Shown here piece by piece: positions 49,301 through 59,238 of a stretch of 64,000 nt of DNA (its first letter is position 1; every line of letters begins with the position of its first letter). The notes beneath the pieces were generated by a model. That model had not been told where the DNA came from and searched no databases. It saw only the letters and a list, made by a program, of their open reading frames with translations. The stretch lies in the IMG/VR virus record IMGVR_UViG_3300005714_000005, positions 41,751-105,750 of that record, one strand, 5' to 3'. The stretch comes from a virus (Duplodnaviria > Caudoviricetes). The translations under genes and the position numbers were made by a program.

Positions 49301-52300
49301 AATCATTTCTTGTTCCCATTGCTCAGGATTTTCACGTAAACGAATGTAGCGTTCAGCAGGTTGTTCGCCATCTTCTGCAACAAGTCGCATTAGTGAATTG
49401 GTATTGGCAAGTTCGACTAGAGAACGTGGCTTGATTGTTTGTAGGGTTTTCATACCGATAGGTGTCTCGTATTGAAATGCTTTAAGTAATTGTCCACTAC
49501 CTAAAATGTCATATAATCTACTATCTTCAAAATCCATAACATTAGGGTGAATGTTATGACGATAGGTTTCTTTTAAACTACCTTTATCTTCCATATGCCC
49601 ATATTCAACCAATAATTCCAATGTATTCTGAATCATTGAAGCACCTTCAGTCTTGAGGAAATCCAGTTTAATCCCACCACAAGCCTCGACATCCTCTAAC
49701 GCATATTGAGTAGTGATAGCACCATTTTTTGAAGTCATTAGGGCGGTACAATCTATAATATCCATATGAGGAACAACTCCACCTGGATGAACTCCACGAC
49801 CGTTAATTAATCCCTCGATACCCTTGATTGCTTCATATAGACCTTCATACTTATCTATCTCTCTGACAAACTCTTTAATAGGTTCATATTCCAATTCTTC
49901 ATTACCAAACACAACATTTTGCAATGAGCGTACTGTACCTCGGTCAGTAGGTATTAGACTTGATAAATACATACCAATATCGCTACCAATTTCTAAACCA
50001 CGACAAGCAGTTTGAATGGCAGACTTTAAGGTTTCTGTTTTGTAAGTACCTACATGAACTAACTCACCACCAATGCTTTGCATATATTTACGACATTCAT
50101 CAAATACAATTTCTGCCCTACTTGAATTAATATCTATATCTATATCGGCAATTTCAATTTTATTCTTTTCAATGAAACGCCAATGTTCTAATGGTAAAGG
50201 TTGCTTCAATGGATTGATTTGCACGATTTCTAAGAGATAATTTAGAATAACAAGTCACCCCAAAGTTTCCTTTGGGCTTGGACTATCTCTTCAACACAGA
50301 TGTGTTGTCTTGCGCTTCGAGGTGTGGTTAATTCACCCCTACTCTACTCACTCACAAGAGCTTTCGATAGTCTCTACATTACTTTTCTATCTTCCATCTG
50401 TAGCCATATCTAACTTGGTTTGATTGTATCCCTTGTCTTATTGAAGTAACAAATATTTTATAAGTTGTGGTTGTCAAACCTCTTTTAATACAATGGTCAT
50501 AAGCTTCTTTTCTGTTGTTAAATATTAAACATTCACTAGCATTTTCAGCAATAATAGTAACTTGTTCTATTTTCGCCTCAGACAAATTCTTTTTATGTTC
50601 TTCAGATTTGGGTTTATTGGTCAGAGATTTGGCAATATTTTGTTTCCATTCTTCAGTTCTTTCAACTGATTTCATTTTCTCTATGGTTTCTTGCTTATGC
50701 TTACTTCCAGTTCTTCTTTCTATGTGAAGTTTTTTCCGCTCCTCTGTCCATTTAACTCCCATGTTTTTCTTAACTGCACTTAATTTAGCCCTTTGCTCAG
50801 GCGTTCTTCTCTTGCCTTTGTTTGCCTGTGAAATCTTTTGCTTAATATCTTCTGACAATTTATAGCCCTCTCCACCAGGAGTCATATTATAATGCTCTTG
50901 GCTTAAATATGTATTGTATTTGGCAATATAGTATATTTCTCTTTCTGAAGCTTCTTCCTCGGAAAGCCCTTCTTCTAATATCTCCCACTTGAAAGCCTCT
51001 TCAGGATATTTTCGCAAAGCACGACAGAAAGCCGATTGCCGCCCTCTCTTGCTATCTATATAATGTTTTCTCCTTCTCTCTTTTAGAGTTTGACTTGTCT
51101 TACCAATATACATATGCCCATTTATTTTATTAACAACTAGATAAACTAAACTCATGTTTTCCTCCTTTTCTTATAAAGGAAGATAGAAAAATAACACGGT
51201 ATTACCACTATCCTTTTTAAGGACTTAGGCTCTCTTACCAGACAATTTACGTCTATGACCGTTAGCAACTCTTTTGAGTTACACCACAGAACCACTGTGT
51301 TCACAAGATTTATACTGAGCCTATAACCTTAACCCAGCTGCTGAACCACGAGAAATAGCAAGAATTGAATTAGCATCATTCCAAATAATATCAATAAACT
51401 TATTCATAAGAATGAAGTATGCAGACATATTCAGATTACCAAATTTGGCAATACCCAATATTTCTTCAAATTCCATGTTGACACGTTTGAACGTTTCCCA
51501 CCATTCTTTTTTATCTGAAATCAAGAATGTATCACTCGCTCCTTGCATAGCTAATGACATCAAATAACCGTCATATAGATTTTCACTCTCCCAAGCATCT
51601 AAGCATAATGAGAAATCCATTTCATTGTCATAGAGCATGTCCAATATTTCTTCATTCTTAAACCACTCTCCTTCAGGCGGTAAAGGAATTTCACATACTT
51701 GCTGTGGTTTACGAATATCATATGTAGTAATTGACTCTTTGATTTTCCATGTATTCATGATACATTCATCAACAAACTCTGCACCCAAATAGAAATCCAA
51801 GTGTTTATGTATTTCTTCTGAACTCATGTGATAGGTTGTTTCATAGAAATCATCACGCTCACGAGCATTAGACTTTTCCTCATTCTTATCGGCAGTTAAG
51901 AAGATACTATGTAACCATTTATATTCTGCACTTAGGAAGTGAGCATCAGTTGCAATTGTAGCTTGAACACCTCTATCACGAATCCAAGTGTTGACTACTT
52001 CTTGCTCAGTAATGATTTCTTCACCATTTTCGTCATATTTGCGTAAATGAGGTTGCATTTCTAAATAGAAATTCTCTTTACCAAATACACCTTGACACCA
52101 ATAAATAAAATCATTTACTTTATCATATTCTTCTGCTAAAATATGCTTGGCAGTAAATCCACCTAAACAACTTGAAGTAGCTACCAAATGACCAGGATTA
52201 CTACCAACAATTTCTTCAAGGTCTGAGTAGTAAGTGGGTTTTCGTTCAACACCTTTCCAAGTAAAGATACGTGACCAAGCACGAGTTGACAATTCTTTTA

Positions 52301-52685
52301 ATTGTCTATGCCCAATTTCATCCTTTGCTAACAAGATAAAGTGGTAGAAAGTTACTCGCTCTTTATTCGCCATGCGTTGGTATATATCTTCATCAACAAG
52401 ATAGATTTCATTACCTAAAATCAACTTGAAGTCTTGAGGAATATCTCCATTCTTTTTAAGTTTCTCCCATGCTTGAATTGCTTTTACATGACCACCTACT
52501 GACTCATGATCTGTAAAGGCAACTGCTTTCTGACCTAGACTAGCTACATATTTCATAACTTTCTCTGCCTTGTTAATACTATCTCGGAAACCAATAATAT
52601 TGCTATAGTCAGTATGTGAGTGTAGGTTTACAAAATAATCTACCAATGCTTCGAGGTAGGTTGTAAAACAGTCTTTATTGTTCAA
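46384..52685 (-). CDS. dnaE: DNA polymerase III alpha-like (family C), spliced join(52685..51332,50250..49015,47951..46384), 1385 aa
   Basis: PHP domain (LHSHTDYS, TDHE, TDAH); splicing restores RGSAAG-FILNYLL and QEG-YGFSKHH; DIDID, HPGG, KLDFL. Confidence 0.95.
47952..49014 (-). mobile_element. Group I intron 2 in dnaE (1063 nt)
   Basis: GGG T|...G|AT GGA TTT junction; R element CAACGACTA, S element AAGATATAGTC; ORF lies between R and S. Confidence 0.92.
48028..48765 (-). CDS. Intron-encoded HNH endonuclease with NUMOD1-like domains (probable TTG start at 48765)
   Basis: YEISSLGR, AHRLVA, VNHIDGNKKNNCVTNLEW. Confidence 0.88.
   Translation of the reverse strand: MEEWKRIYIESKETLYEISSLGRCRRVDKLHWKTQGVLTPKVNKKSDYCQYCIACDSNKYYLYAHRLVAEYFIENKDNKRYVNHIDGNKKNNCVTNLEWCTAEENMRHAMDNKLCSHQKEVDVYDLRGQYIGRYISISEAMRQLGIRENQYNNKLVFDGGVHYEYQWRRVDIDNEPVKDVYDKWLCSDGCVQLDLEGNFIKHYPLITEAYKELGKRDNGAISHCCLGKRKTVWGYKWVFAKVYYN
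50251..51331 (-). mobile_element. Group I intron 1 in dnaE (1081 nt)
   Basis: P1 GCUGGGU/GCUCAGU with a U-G pair at the splice site, terminal G, R element GAGACTA, S element AAGAGATAGTC. Confidence 0.92.
50379..51155 (-). CDS. Intron-encoded GIY-YIG endonuclease with NUMOD3 repeats
   Basis: LVYLVVNKINGHMYIGKT, YNMTPGG. Confidence 0.9.
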   Translation of the reverse strand: MSLVYLVVNKINGHMYIGKTSQTLKERRRKHYIDSKRGRQSAFCRALRKYPEEAFKWEILEEGLSEEEASEREIYYIAKYNTYLSQEHYNMTPGGEGYKLSEDIKQKISQANKGKRRTPEQRAKLSAVKKNMGVKWTEERKKLHIERRTGSKHKQETIEKMKSVERTEEWKQNIAKSLTNKPKSEEHKKNLSEAKIEQVTIIAENASECLIFNNRKEAYDHCIKRGLTTTTYKIFVTSIRQGIQSNQVRYGYRWKIEK

Positions 52686-52719
52686 CTCAACTCATCTCCT
52701 CTCTTTAACTTACAATATT

Positions 52720-52750
52720 ATTATATACTCGAGGTTTACAAAAGTCAACT
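52720..52750 (-). promoter_or_regulatory. Sigma-A promoter with dyad
   Basis: TTGACT-17-TATAAT; GTTTAC-AAAA-GTCAAC. Confidence 0.85.
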
Positions 52751-52787
52751 AGATTTTTATCAAAAACAAATAAAATTTAATTTTATG

Positions 52788-52819
52788 TGAATAAATATAG
52801 AAATGTTTGCATATAATAA
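52788..52819 (+). promoter_or_regulatory. Sigma-G-like antisense promoter, copy 2
   Basis: TGAATA-18 nt-TATAATA. Confidence 0.45.
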
Positions 52820-52827
52820 ATGAGCAT

Positions 52828-52853
52828 AAGAAAAGAGAGGGCTACGCCTCTCT
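52828..52853 (-). terminator. Intrinsic terminator after recJ
   Basis: AGAGAGG/CCTCTCT plus TTTCTT on the minus strand. Confidence 0.75.
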
Positions 52854-55828
52854 ACTTAACTCCAAATTTTCGTCTACGTCTACCACTATCTGCATTAATA
52901 GGTCGTGTGACAAACTCTTTAATGCTTACTTGTGGGTAGTTTTTACCATTAAATTCATTAACCTCAAATGTACCAATGACAGTTACTTCAATCTTTTTAT
53001 TACCTACACTATCAGTACCTAATCCACGAGTTTGTTTACTATTCTCACATACAAATTCCTTATAAACATCGGCAGAAGTGAATGGTCGTACAAAGGTGAT
53101 TTCCTCACCATTGACATTAGTTGTAAATTTCATCATGGTTTGAGTCTTACCCAATCGTTGCACATCGGCAGTTTCAATTTCAATATTCTTAATAACAAAG
53201 ATAGGTTTCTCCATACCTTTGCCACCAAAGATAGACATAACTTTACCAACTCGCTCAATATGTCGATTTTTAAGTTTAGTAACATCAATCTCCATGTCAA
53301 CATGATATACAGGTGTTAAATCTTGCCCTTCTAATTGAGCATTACACCACTCTTGAAGTTGAGTTGCATTATTTCTATCAAATGTGATCCCAAATGCTCC
53401 TTGATGCGTGTGAATCCTATGTTTCCATAGGCACAGACTATCTCTTAATCATCTCAAAGATGACCACACCCTTTTCGAGCAACGTGTGAATAGTTACCCT
53501 ACTTCGCTACTAAGCGAATAGTCGTTACAGGTTATTAAAACTTTATACTATCTACTTTTGTTTTCTAATAGGATAATCATACCCCTCTATTCTTGACCAA
53601 TCACGTCTTCCATAGTTAATATTGTCAAGCATGGCTCTTGTTAAACCATGCTTAATTTTAATATCACCCAATGTCAACTCTGACGTAAGCAAATCAATTA
53701 CGATTTCCTCTATTTTAGCTTGTGTAGGTCTTTTGGATAGAGGTTTAGTTTCTTTTCGCAAAGGGTATACTTCATTTTCATCGCAATGATGTTTTCCTAT
53801 GTTAATCATCGTTATGGACGACCTAGACACCCCATACTTCTTAGAAAGTTCTTTCTGAGTTAGATTTGTTTCTTTTAAGTCCTTTTTGATTAATTGTACC
53901 AACTCTTTATCAAGGTCTTTGTCTTTTACTCTTAATGGATAATTATACTCTTCTATTTTGTGATTTCTTCCTACTCTACAATCATCTATATAATTCATCT
54001 TTACTTCGCACATCTCGGCTATTTCTTCTTCTGCAAAAGTAGTCCAATAAAGTAAATCTGACACCATGAGAAATGTTGATTTCGGATAGTGTAAAAACTC
54101 CGTTCTTGGTGGCTCTTCTCCTCCTTTTGTGGAGTTGTATCCATTTCTAAAAGTGTCATAGAACTCAATAAAATAAATCTCCATCTCACAATAATTCTCA
54201 TACTCTCCAAGAGATTCCGTTATAAAGTTTTCCATTCCATATTTTACAATAGCTCTAGCCAACTTTGTTTTCTCTTTGTGAGCCTTTCTTTTATGCTCCT
54301 CAAAGCGTCTCAAGTAGTCAGTAGACTGTCCTATATAACTCTTGCCATTAATTATATTTGTTATTTTGTAGATATGCTTTTTCTTCATTTTCTCACTCCT
54401 CTTAGTGAGACAGTATAAAGTTTTAATCTTCCCACGAGATTGCCATATCCATTTAGGACTTAGGTTTCCTCGTTAGCACACTTTCAAAAGTGTACCCCCA
54501 CCACCAATGGGAAAAGGTGTGACTGGGCAATCTTATTTACCCGAACAAGTTATCATACCGCTAGAACTCAACCATTCATTCAAATTGCTAATAGGGAATT
54601 TATCATAGTTACGACCACTACCACCCTCTTTGTTTAGTAACAATACAGGTCGCATATACTCTTGTGCTAATTTGTTAGCAACCAATCCACCATGACCATT
54701 ACCAATTTTATCTGTTGAGTCATAGATAATAACAGGATTGTTTTGCAATTCGTTAGACTCGATTTCACTCTTGATAAGTGCTAATTCTTTCTTAACTTCT
54801 CTATCTTGTGTTCCTTTGATAGATTTTGCTCTACGGATAATATTTGCTTGTAAACTTTCCTCAATTGGTAATTTATCAGGATTATCTTTTGTTTTCTTCT
54901 GAGGTTGGTAAATTCGTGTTTCTTCAAAGTTGACCAATGCCTTGAATAAATCATATCTATCTTCTAACGAACCTTGTCGGAAGATAGCATTAATAATAGG
55001 AGCTACATCCCAACCGATTGTATCAATCGTAACTTCTGATACGTCTTTACGTTTTGAGGCTTCTTCAAGAATAGCCTGTAGCAATAAACTTGACTTACCA
55101 TATTCTTTCAATCCTTCAAGAATTAAGAATCGAGTTTCATAATTACGAATATCAACCAAATCCGCAACTAAACCTGTAGCAACTAAATCCATGTATTCAT
55201 GTGCATTAGGTTCTAATCCCAATTCTTCAAAGTAGCGATATTCAAATTCATCTAGGAATTTATAAACTACTCCAGGTGCAGATAGAGTTGGGTTAGGATA
55301 TTGCCCATCTTGATTGTTGATGACACAAGCAGGTGTATCACTAATATCAACATCAATTTCATGGTGGTCTAGGATAAGCAAATCAATACCCATTTCATCT
55401 AATACTTTATGCCATTCTAAATCACTAGACGAGCTATCAGGTGCAATAATTAAATTTGTTTCTTTTGGAATACGAGATACAAAATCCTCATTTAACCCAT
55501 GTCGTTTTCCCTCGTTGCAATCAAATGTCAATGCTACATGAGGGAAATTACGTTTAATCCATAGGTATGTATATGAGGCACTCGTGATGCCATCGCAATC
55601 GCAATCTATGAAAACATGAATATTTGGATTCTCTTGTTCTAAATGAAATTTCAACATCTCCAACCCTAAGTCAATATTCTTTAACAAATTAGGGTCATGA
55701 ATAACGTCTTCTTGTAAATTTAAGAAAGTTGTAGGGTCTTGAACCCCACGAACTTCCAATAGCTTATGTAAAAATTGCTCTTCGCTTAATCGGTCAATAT
55801 TGGTATTAATTCTTGCTGCATACTTCAT
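52852..55828 (-). CDS. recJ: RecJ-like DHH ssDNA exonuclease, spliced join(55828..54539,53406..52852), 614 aa
   Basis: DCDCDG, HGL, ILDHH, INNQ, ADLVD, GSGR; splicing restores CSG-HQGAFG. Confidence 0.93.
53407..54538 (-). mobile_element. Group I intron in recJ (1132 nt)
   Basis: GGT|...G|CAT CAA GGA junction; R element TAACGACTA, S element AAGAGATAGTC. Confidence 0.92.
53552..54388 (-). CDS. Intron-encoded GIY-YIG endonuclease with C-terminal HTH repeats
   Basis: HIYKITNIINGKSYIGQS, GYNSTKGG. Confidence 0.9.
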   Translation of the reverse strand: MKKKHIYKITNIINGKSYIGQSTDYLRRFEEHKRKAHKEKTKLARAIVKYGMENFITESLGEYENYCEMEIYFIEFYDTFRNGYNSTKGGEEPPRTEFLHYPKSTFLMVSDLLYWTTFAEEEIAEMCEVKMNYIDDCRVGRNHKIEEYNYPLRVKDKDLDKELVQLIKKDLKETNLTQKELSKKYGVSRSSITMINIGKHHCDENEVYPLRKETKPLSKRPTQAKIEEIVIDLLTSELTLGDIKIKHGLTRAMLDNINYGRRDWSRIEGYDYPIRKQK

Positions 55829-55852
55829 CTATTCACTCTCCCTCAATCATTT

Positions 55853-56020
55853 TTACTCTTTGTCAAATAGTTTTTCTGAATAATAGACTTTCTGTTCTTC
55901 AGTCAAATCAACATAGACATCCGATATATCGGTCAACACTTGATTCACAGTTTTTGGCTTTCCATTTTTGTCTTTGGTTTGTATTCCCAATTCATTTAAG
56001 ACCTTATTCTTCATGTTCAT
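55853..56020 (-). CDS. 55-aa protein resembling a tape-measure core segment (not in ORF track)
   Basis: AGGAGAG RBS; MNMKNKVLNELGIQTKDKNGKPKTVNQVLTDISDVYVDLTEEQKVYYSEKLFDKE. Confidence 0.75.
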   Translation of the reverse strand: MNMKNKVLNELGIQTKDKNGKPKTVNQVLTDISDVYVDLTEEQKVYYSEKLFDKE

Positions 56021-56029
56021 TCACTCTCC

Positions 56030-56323
56030 TTATTTACTCACTCTAATACTACCATCTGATTCATAGATAGGCGTTAATGTCATTCCATATCCAACATAAA
56101 AATAATAGTAATGCACTCCCGTTTGTGTATCACGTACTTCTCTAAGTTCACTTGTTATTTTTTCAACAATTTCAAATCTATCTCCACTATAGTTAATATA
56201 ATCAACTTCTTTTTGTTGTAGTGGATTTTCAATTGCATTACCATTTTCGTCTAAGTAAACGACTTTTTGCTTACATCCTACAAGAGTTAGAAGTGATAAT
56301 AAAATAATTAAATACTTCTTCAT
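56030..56323 (-). CDS. Small lipoprotein
   Basis: MKKYLIILLSLLTLVGC lipobox; RDTQTGVHY motif. Confidence 0.8.
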   Translation of the reverse strand: MKKYLIILLSLLTLVGCKQKVVYLDENGNAIENPLQQKEVDYINYSGDRFEIVEKITSELREVRDTQTGVHYYYFYVGYGMTLTPIYESDGSIRVSK

Positions 56324-56337
56324 CTATTCACTCTCCT

Positions 56338-57489
56338 TTACACATTAAATAATTCTTTAAAATCTTCATCAACATCTACAATGGTCACTTTATTCTTCAT
56401 CAGATACTCAAACTTTTCCTTACCCCTATCACATGGGGCATCTTTCATGCTCAACTTATCATCAAAGTCAATTAATAAATTAACTGTCATGTAGCTATGT
56501 AGCAACTTACATGCCTTCTTCAATTTCTCAAAGTAGGCAAACATCAACCTTTGCTCTTTAGTACCATCATATTGCTCACTATAATATTCCTCACAATATT
56601 CCTTATCCCAAGCAAAGGTGACTTCAGTTACTCCTAGTGCCAATAGAATATCTCTATGAATGATACCAAAGTTCGTACCATAAGTTGCCAATGCAAAACA
56701 TTCTCCTTGATAATACGAATCCACGATACCCACCGACTTTTCCGACTCGAATACAATAGCTTTACGTTTAGTTCTAATGACTTGTTGATTTTCATATAAT
56801 CCGTATAAAGTTGTAGATGTGGGGAATCGGTATGACTCCCCTTGATATTCAAGTGGCATATACTTGAATCCTCTCTCAACTGTTTGCTCATCAAAGTTAC
56901 GAACACGAATACCTATTAATCCACCCTCTATATTCCTCACAGGAATAATAGCACGATTTCTATTGTGGTCGTATCGGAAATCAAACTTATCGGCAGTATA
57001 ACCATCTATTCCTTCTTCTTGCCAACATAAGGGGTAGACTTTTGCAAATTTGTCCAATACTTCATCATCGTATAGAGTTTCAACCTTACGGACTTCACGT
57101 TTCTTTCGATTGTGTATTGCTAGAAAATCCATATCACGATTTTCTTCCGTAACACGTTTCAGACCTCTATTTCTCTTACGAGTGTTGACATTTACACCTA
57201 TGTATTTACCAATTGTTTGAATGATTTCTTGAAAGGGCATTCCACTTAAATGCTCAATCAAGTCAACTAGATTTCCATGTACTCCGCAACGGTAACAATG
57301 GAATTTACCAACTTCTTCATCGTTAGTGGGTTCATAGTAATATAGCTTATGCTTTTGACTACCACAACATAAAGCTTCAAATAGGATATTACCCTCTCTA
57401 TCATGAATGAAGTCTATATTGTACATATCAACCAATATGTGCTTAATATCATCTCTACTAACTTTCTTTAATAAATCCTTAACTTCCAT
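56338..57489 (-). CDS. DNA primase
   Basis: N-terminal Zn finger (CC...CYRC), IIPVRN..G.LIGIRVR, LYGL, TOPRIM FESEKS and AWDK. Confidence 0.88.
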   Translation of the reverse strand: MEVKDLLKKVSRDDIKHILVDMYNIDFIHDREGNILFEALCCGSQKHKLYYYEPTNDEEVGKFHCYRCGVHGNLVDLIEHLSGMPFQEIIQTIGKYIGVNVNTRKRNRGLKRVTEENRDMDFLAIHNRKKREVRKVETLYDDEVLDKFAKVYPLCWQEEGIDGYTADKFDFRYDHNRNRAIIPVRNIEGGLIGIRVRNFDEQTVERGFKYMPLEYQGESYRFPTSTTLYGLYENQQVIRTKRKAIVFESEKSVGIVDSYYQGECFALATYGTNFGIIHRDILLALGVTEVTFAWDKEYCEEYYSEQYDGTKEQRLMFAYFEKLKKACKLLHSYMTVNLLIDFDDKLSMKDAPCDRGKEKFEYLMKNKVTIVDVDEDFKELFNV

Positions 57490-57504
57490 AGGGATTCAAC
57501 CTCC

Positions 57505-59226
57505 CTAGCTTCTAGCTCTTCCTCTGCCGCGTACTCTTGGCTTAGCTTCGATAATCTCCCCTGTTTCTTCATCGAAAGGTATATCCTCAAAAATCTCAAC
57601 TGTATCTGAAATTAATTCATCAAATGGAGTTGGCTCTTTTTGTTCGACACCTAATTCATTTGTTTCAACAATCTCTATCTTTTTTAGATTAGCTTTATCA
57701 ATCTTCTTCTGTTTGTAATTCCAATCGGTAACAAATAAGTCAACGGTGTGCATATTTCCTAAATCTACATATTGCCAAATCTTTAGCATAGTATCTCGCC
57801 CACCACGATTTTTATAAAGGTTGATTACCATGTTTGGCTCTAGTGTATAGAGTGTAGAAATTTCTTCAACTAGCTTCAATTCCTTATCAGTAGGTCGGAA
57901 ACAAGTGATACCAACATCTGCTCTCATTTGTAAAGATTTGGCATCTTTAATGGCAGATGAGTCACGAATATTATAATCTTGTCGTGCATTATCGGATACC
58001 TGCGTATATGCTTCAACATAAATGTCAAACTCATTTGCAATTGTTTTTAATTGAGTAGACAAGTTGAATAAAACCATATCAGGTCGAACTTGCATGCCTT
58101 TTGTTTGAGCAGAATATTCAGCACTTAGGTTAGGAGTTAATTCTACATAGTCTAAGATAAATGCCCCAATATCATGTTTGCTAGTGTATTGTTCAACAAT
58201 TTGGTAGATAAATGCACAATCATAGTTAGGCTCATTCTCAAGGTAGATAGGTGATTTCTTAGAAATCTCTTTTGCTTTCTCAATGCGAGATAACTCCTCA
58301 TCTGTCAGTTCCCAAGTTTTGATTTTATGCTCATCTACTCCACTAATCGTAGATAAGATAATAGGCTCAATCTCACGATATAAGTCCATTTCCGTACCCA
58401 AGTATAAAGTTGGTACTGTTTCACCATATGGGTTAGGAACAAATTTCTTTTGTTTCTCATCCCACATTTCTTCACATGATAGAATACATAACTGTTTGAT
58501 ACCTAAGCGGGTTTTTCCACTTCCACTGTCTTTGGAAATTACGCTAAATGCTCTACGTCTTGCACCACGAATTAAAGTATCCAATATTGGGCTAATTGTT
58601 CGCCAACCGTATTCAGGAGCTTGTTTGAATGTTTCAATCAATTCATCTACTCCCTCACCTGCTTTACGTGAGTTTTCAACTCCTCTTCGTGTGTAAGAAC
58701 CACGAATTTCAGACATCTTAGAGGTATAGTGTTTAATGATTGAGTTTAAGTCCATTTTATAGAAGTCTTGTCTTTGTTGTTCAAGGAAAGCTCCCTCAAT
58801 TTCAGTTTCATCAAGAATATCGCTTACGTCAAATCCAATTGAAATCATGTCACGAAGATAAGCATATTTCTGAACAATGCCATGATAATATTCATAGTTG
58901 GTTAAATTAGCATCTTCGATTAAAGCTATAATCCAATCGGACTCATCACCAATCTCAAAGAAACGATTGTAGGCTAAAGTTGAGTTAGCATACATATAAT
59001 TCTCAATGTCGCCCAATGTTATCTCATTCATTCCTCTATCTGCTAGAGCCTTAATTGTTTCAAACAATAGCTTATGATTCTTGTTTAAAAAATAAGACGA
59101 GTCTAACTTGTACGTTTTTGAGTTTACAAGTGAGGGATTGTGCATAAGACAACCCAACACTTTGCAACCCGAACGAGGGCAGTAATATCTGCTTATAATA
59201 CTTTTATTTGCTTTCATTAATCCCAT
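57505..59226 (-). CDS. dnaB: Replicative DnaB-like helicase
   Basis: DSGSGKT, GTEM, ILDYV, YTQV, RAD, YKNRGG. Confidence 0.9.
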   Translation of the reverse strand: MGLMKANKSIISRYYCPRSGCKVLGCLMHNPSLVNSKTYKLDSSYFLNKNHKLLFETIKALADRGMNEITLGDIENYMYANSTLAYNRFFEIGDESDWIIALIEDANLTNYEYYHGIVQKYAYLRDMISIGFDVSDILDETEIEGAFLEQQRQDFYKMDLNSIIKHYTSKMSEIRGSYTRRGVENSRKAGEGVDELIETFKQAPEYGWRTISPILDTLIRGARRRAFSVISKDSGSGKTRLGIKQLCILSCEEMWDEKQKKFVPNPYGETVPTLYLGTEMDLYREIEPIILSTISGVDEHKIKTWELTDEELSRIEKAKEISKKSPIYLENEPNYDCAFIYQIVEQYTSKHDIGAFILDYVELTPNLSAEYSAQTKGMQVRPDMVLFNLSTQLKTIANEFDIYVEAYTQVSDNARQDYNIRDSSAIKDAKSLQMRADVGITCFRPTDKELKLVEEISTLYTLEPNMVINLYKNRGGRDTMLKIWQYVDLGNMHTVDLFVTDWNYKQKKIDKANLKKIEIVETNELGVEQKEPTPFDELISDTVEIFEDIPFDEETGEIIEAKPRVRGRGRARS

Positions 59227-59238
59227 ATATCATTCTCC

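Noticed and set aside
36240-55828. nrdD, dnaE and recJ as pseudogenes, split genes or intein hosts
   Set aside because: Precise group I splice junctions restore frame and motifs; no intein terminal motifs were seen at the breaks
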